Shown in pieces: positions 58,533 to 64,000 of a DNA stretch of 64,000 nt. Source of the stretch: Camelus ferus (Eukaryota); assembly GCF_009834535.1 (NCBI RefSeq), contig NC_045697.1, positions 28,398,001 through 28,462,000 on the forward strand, in the 5' to 3' direction. Within the stretch, counting starts at the first letter, position 1, and each line of letters opens with the position of its first letter. A program made the position numbers and the translations under genes. The notes below the pieces were generated by a model. The model worked only from the letters and a program-made list of their open reading frames with translations, had not been told where the DNA came from and did no database searches.

Positions 58533-59385
58533 AGAAATAGTAGTTGCCTGCCTGCAGCAGTAGTTTCATTGATTTTTTTCAGTGCAGTATAGTATTTTAT
58601 TGCAGGATCATACTATAATTTATGTATCCATTTGCTGACAACATTTAGGTTGTTTCCCATTTGGGGTCATTATCAATGGCACTGCTAATACCTGTGTTTT
58701 AGTGCATATATGAATGTATTTCTGTTGGATATACACCTAGGAGTGGAATTTCTGGGTCAAACTATGCATATTTTCAACTTTAGTAAATACTGTCAAATAA
58801 TATTCAAAAACATAATACCATGAACTCATTTTACAGTGAAAATTTTAAAAAATGGAATCTGCTTAATAGTTGGTAACTTAACAATAAATAATAATAGTTA
58901 ATAATAAGATAAAGGCATATTTTCCTAACTATAAATTCTTTAAGTTCATAGAAATTTTAAAATTCCAATTAAACAAATTTGGGATACTAAACACTGAATA
59001 TGAAAGACATCATTTATTCATCCAAGGTTTCCCTAATATAAATACAATAATCCAAAAATATAATAGCCTTACATGAATATATAAACATTTACATTTATAT
59101 TTTATAAACATCCAGTTTTATTTATTTTATTCTTACAGAATACCACTTTTAAATTTTACTATTACAATATGGTAACCATACCAACAGACAAAAGTAAAAA
59201 ATAGAGAAGAGAAAAAAATACTCACAACCTCATTGTATTAATACAACCATTATTAATATTTGATATACTTCTCTCCAGGCATTTTCCCTCAGCGTATTTG
59301 ACATAATCATAATTATAATGTTCATAACATTGTATATTTAGATCTTTTCATTTAATTTCTTATCAGTTGCAGTCATAGATTTTTA

Positions 59386-59706
<321 letters not shown>

Positions 59707-59798
59707 TTATAAAAACTGTCAAGGTGACAAATATCTGGAAAGATTTCCTATATTGACACTCAATAAGATTTATGAAAGCAATGATTTAAAAAATAGAA

Positions 59799-59940
59799 GG
59801 AGGGTATAGCTCAGTGGTAGAGTATATGCTCAGCATGCATGAGGTCCTGGGTTCAATCCCCAGTACCTCCATTTAAATAAATAAATAAATAAACCTAATT
59901 AACTCCCTCCACAAAACAACAACAACAACAATAACAAAAA
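59799..59940 (+). mobile_element. tRNA-derived SINE (Vic-1-like)
   Basis: tagctcagtggtagag A-box, gggttcaatcc B-box, (AAAT)n and (AAC)n tails. Confidence 0.9.
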
Positions 59941-62599
59941 CTGGATGACCTAGCCTGTTTTCGGCTGTACTAGCATGAAACATGGAAAAAATTATTGTAA
60001 CTGGTATTACTGGAGAAGAGTCACAAAGATTATAATTCAGAAAGTCAGGAAGCAAAATAGAACCTTACTTAGTCTTCTAACACATTAGGGTAACTTTGAT
60101 TGCTGAGGGAAAATTCAAGGGTGAACACACCAATGCAATTCGAGCTTAAATAAATGCTAGTACACAAAGGTCAGCTTTATGATAGGTTTAGACTAAAATA
60201 ATCGGTTTTAAGATTAGTTCCAAAGTCCAGAATTGGCCTCTGAGATTATATTCCCTACACAATTTGGCTTCAGCGATTTATTTTCAGGTTCTTGACAATG
60301 ATCTTAAATTCTATCTCAACTTTAATCAGAAACCATAAGATGGTTAAAGGAAAGTAACTTTTGTAGTTAGCAAAGCTGTTACATAGATTTTGATAGGTTT
60401 TTCAAAAGCCATTAGGTGAACCGATTCACACTAATCAGAGTGACAAGGGACTGAGTTATACTAAGAACGTTAGTTTATTCGGTAATGAGAACAAGAATTG
60501 TCAAACTGTTCAGATTCTTAGAATTTTAGTCCTTGCCAAAAACTAAATCCAATCTCAGACATCATTTGATCTAACCCATTCATGGATTCCAAAGAGAAGG
60601 AAAATGGCAATCAGCGAGTTTAAGAATTTGTTAGTATATTCCTGCATGGATCAGAGAAGGTACTCTGGAAGGCAGGATCTAATTACAGTGCCTAGCAAGT
60701 ATATCCCTATTATGAAAGAAGATACACGAAGTACAGAATTAAGATGATCCAATTCCCTTTGGCATGTATTAAGCAATGTTCTAATCTTCATTGGTTCTCT
60801 GGGCAGACTTCCCTGTCGGAAGAGAATGAGCTGACCAACCCACTTGAGGTTCCCGGTCTGTATTAACAAACAAGTAATCTGGCTTATAAATTAATCTTTC
60901 ATAGCCATGATTTGCAGATATCAACTCACAGTCTGATCTCTAATGACTTTTTATAACTATTAAAAAATGGAATTTTAGTAAAATAGTAAGTATGAACAAA
61001 ATATGGGATCTAATTGAGTCCCTGAAAGAAAGCAATATTCTTTGTGATAAATGCATAAAGAAATATTTAAAATTTATTTTTGTTTTGAATAAGTAATAAT
61101 TCACGATTCAAAAATTAAATCTGTATAACAAGGTAAACACTCAGACTTGCGCCTACCCCATTCCTGTCTACTTTGCTACCCTCCACTTTTTCGGTTATCC
61201 CCACGTTGCTATTTCACATGAAGTATGAACTTGCAGATGACAATGGGGAAATTACTGAAGAAGCTAGATGTACAATCTGTGCAGGTCTGAATAAACTGCC
61301 ACTTGGGAGTTTCAACAAAACCTCCAATAAGCTTTAACATGGAGCTTGATACAGTGTTAGTGATAAATAATTTGCCCAACACAGTCTCTTCTGATTTCAT
61401 TTTCAATTTCTGCTTTTATGTACCTTCTGACCCTCTACTGTGCTGTCAGGGAAATGGGAATATTTGCTCACTGAATAAGTCAGTTTGAAATGAGTTTTTT
61501 TACCTCTGCGTTTTGGGAAAGTCACAGCAAACCAGGCTGTTCCAAAACTAATTATCCAGTAGCTAAGGCAACAGACCTTATGGCTGGATACATCAACTTC
61601 ACACATCATCTTAGATATTTCCAAAAATTAAACAGTAACAGATGCCTGACAGAGGAAAAATATTCAATCAGTAAGAAAATCTGTTAACCTTATTATCTAT
61701 AGGGTACCATGTAAAGCTGTGGAAATGGCAAGACAGAAGATGGAGTATGCTTATTAATTATAGATTTTATGTTAGAGAAATAAGTACAGCAATGGGAGAA
61801 GAAATGAAATCCTTTCAGTAACGGGTGTCTACCACTTACCTTAGACTAGATGCTGGGTACTGAAAAGCACGTCTCAGAGAAGACAGTAAGATCTTTCATT
61901 TCCAGAACAGCCCCTCCCACCTACCTCCCCATCCCCCTCACCCCCAAGAAACAGACCAGACTACTGTTGTCCATTTCTTAGGGGATTTGACGAAACTCAA
62001 AGGCTCACTGTGTCTTTGAGGGCAGTCAATGAACAGCTACTCCTCTGTATATCCCTGAAAAGCTCCCTCTCAGTGAATCCCCCTTTTTCATATACCAAAA
62101 TTCTCAACCTTACTCCATTATCTTCCTGTATATAAAGAGGTATAATTTTTCAAGGTTTCACACAGCATGATCTCCTGAAAACGCAAGAAAGGCCTTCCCT
62201 AACATGAAATAAAGCCATTTATACGGTGTGGTGGCCAACAAAGCATTCCAAGACAGCTCATACAGATGTCACGATAGAATCAATGTCTTAGGATTTCGCC
62301 CTAAAAGGGCTCTCTGGTTCACTTTCTCTTTAGTTTCTTTAGGGCGGCCAATGACGTGAGGAAAACAGCAGCCCTCCATATGAGCAGACCCCAAACACAA
62401 ACAAAAGACTTCGATTCTGAGACCAAAATGGGGTCCCCAACCAGAAGACCACTTCCTATGGTGGATATTTGGGTTTCAGAGGCGCCAGGGAAATCTCATT
62501 TGTTTTAAGTAGGAAAGTGGGGAAAAATAGAAAGAGAAGCGATTGGAAAACTCGCGAGTCTTGAATAAAAAGCCAAGCTAGCCCTCCTCCTGGGCAGCA

Positions 62600-63740
62600 G
62601 ATCCAAAAGACGATTCCCGCCCAGAACCCAGAAGAGGAGACGAGGGTCGTGAGATTGGAAGCCCGGGACCGAGCGCAAGGCGCGAATGGAAGCTGCGCGC
62701 ACATCCCCCTGGCTCCTTGCACATCCCGCCGGGACCCAGGAGCATCCCCACGGGGCGGCTGGGCCAGCCTGGGAAAGGCGCTTACCTACGACCAAGCACC
62801 GACCGCTCCTATTCCGACGGCTCGGACAGCTCCTCGCTCTGGGCCGCGCAGCCGCAGCTTCTGCACTCGCGCCCTGCTCGGTCTGATCTGCCCTCACCGC
62901 ACGCCCCTCTAAGGCTCCCAGGCGCCGCACCCCGAGTCCTGGGCCCAAGCCCGTATTTAAAGGATTCTACCCAAGAAGGCGGAGGCTTCATTCCCCTGCA
63001 GCCAGGCCCTCCTGGACTCTGGCCTCAGCCGCATCCCTGCTCCACCTCCCGCCACGCTAGGCCCGCGGCCCGCCCCTATTTCCTGCGGGCCCAGGGGCGT
63101 GGATATGGGGGCGTGGCTAGCCGTGGCTGGGAGGAGTCAGGCCCCGCCCGCCGGCCGAGCTTGGGCAAATCCTTTCGGGCCAGCTCACAGCCCCGCCCCT
63201 GCCGCGAGTGGCGCTGGGTGGAACTGCGTGCGCAGCAGTCAGCCAAGGACAGGGCCTGGGTCAGCGGGACCGTCTCGGTCAGTCAGTAGTACCCTGTGGT
63301 CCGAGCCCCGGTCTTGCCGTCTGACCCCCCGCTTCCCTCCCTGTATCCCTGTTCTGGCTGACAGTCGGCGCTGAGGAGGTGCCGCGTGCGCGCCAGGGGT
63401 ACGAAGGTACTGGGCGGGCTGCGTCCCGAGGAGACCGGAAGGTCCCCGCCCCCTTTCCGGTCTCTCCAGCAACCTAGAGGGCTGGCCTCGACTTTCGGCT
63501 CCCTAGACCCAGTCGATCCGCTGCCAGCGGCCCACTCCACTCCCACGCCCTTCTAGGCTCCTAGATCTACCGCACCCTCCGGGCTGGCGGCCCAGGGTTT
63601 AGTCACTTTACGTCCGACCGGCCGCTTCTGGGAAGGAGGCGCCTCACGTCTGGAGGCTACTGAATCCCATCATGACTGGACTAGTTAGTGGTCCCCGCCC
63701 TGATCCCTGGGTGGAGAAGCGGGACAGCCACGCCCTCCAG
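62600..63740. promoter_or_regulatory. UGDH CpG-island promoter with multiple GC boxes
   Basis: High CpG density; GGGGCGTGG near 63095 and 63108; CCCCGCCC near 63142, 63191, 63444, 63693. Confidence 0.88.
62786..63090 (-). other. UGDH: Probable UGDH non-coding exon 1 (5' end uncertain: about 62925 or about 63085)
   Basis: Strong minus-strand donor TAG|gtaagc at 62786/62785 inside the CpG island; TATA-like TTTAAATA at 62954-62961. Confidence 0.65.
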
Positions 63741-64000
63741 ACACATTTTCCTGATACTCCTGCCAAATTAAGGATCTGAGATGTCCGTGCGTGATGTATA
63801 GCAGAGAGCATGCAAGATGTAAGTGCCGTGTATAAGAAAGAGTAAAATTAACGTATGGAGCCTTCCACTTTTAATGTGGCGAACAGTTCTGTTCCTCTTT
63901 CCCCACTAGAAGATCATATTAAACCTCAAATCTAAGAAGAAAAAAGGAAAATCATAACTGGTCTTAATAAATTAAGAATTACAACAAGTGATATAATCTG

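Noticed and set aside
62456..63546. Other overlapping ORFs in the UGDH CpG island (up to 190 aa) and a possible divergent lncRNA
   Set aside because: Low stop density in GC-rich DNA explains the ORFs; no exon structure for an antisense RNA can be supported from sequence alone.

Overview
Mammalian genomic DNA, not prokaryotic. It is probably camelid, judged from five copies of a tRNA-Ala-like SINE resembling Vic-1. The window covers the conserved KLB-RPL9-LIAS-UGDH block: KLB exons 2-5 (+, exon 1 lies upstream of the window), complete RPL9 (-, 192 aa), complete LIAS (+, 372 aa, head-to-head with RPL9), and complete UGDH (-, 494 aa) with its CpG-island promoter at the right end. All coding exons were walked by hand; GT-AG boundaries and phases join into intact ORFs. 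The rest is intronic or intergenic DNA with SINE, L1, L2, MIR, LTR and DNA-transposon remnants and a U6/L1 chimeric retrocopy. I found no wholly new gene system. The best leads are (1) an in-frame loss of the KLB codon equivalent to human Phe777, matching a reported human hypogonadotropic-hypogonadism allele, and (2) a 60-codon upstream ORF in the UGDH promoter/5' leader whose start, frame and stop appear to match human. Human comparisons are from memory and need alignment. Repeat boundaries and family names are approximate.
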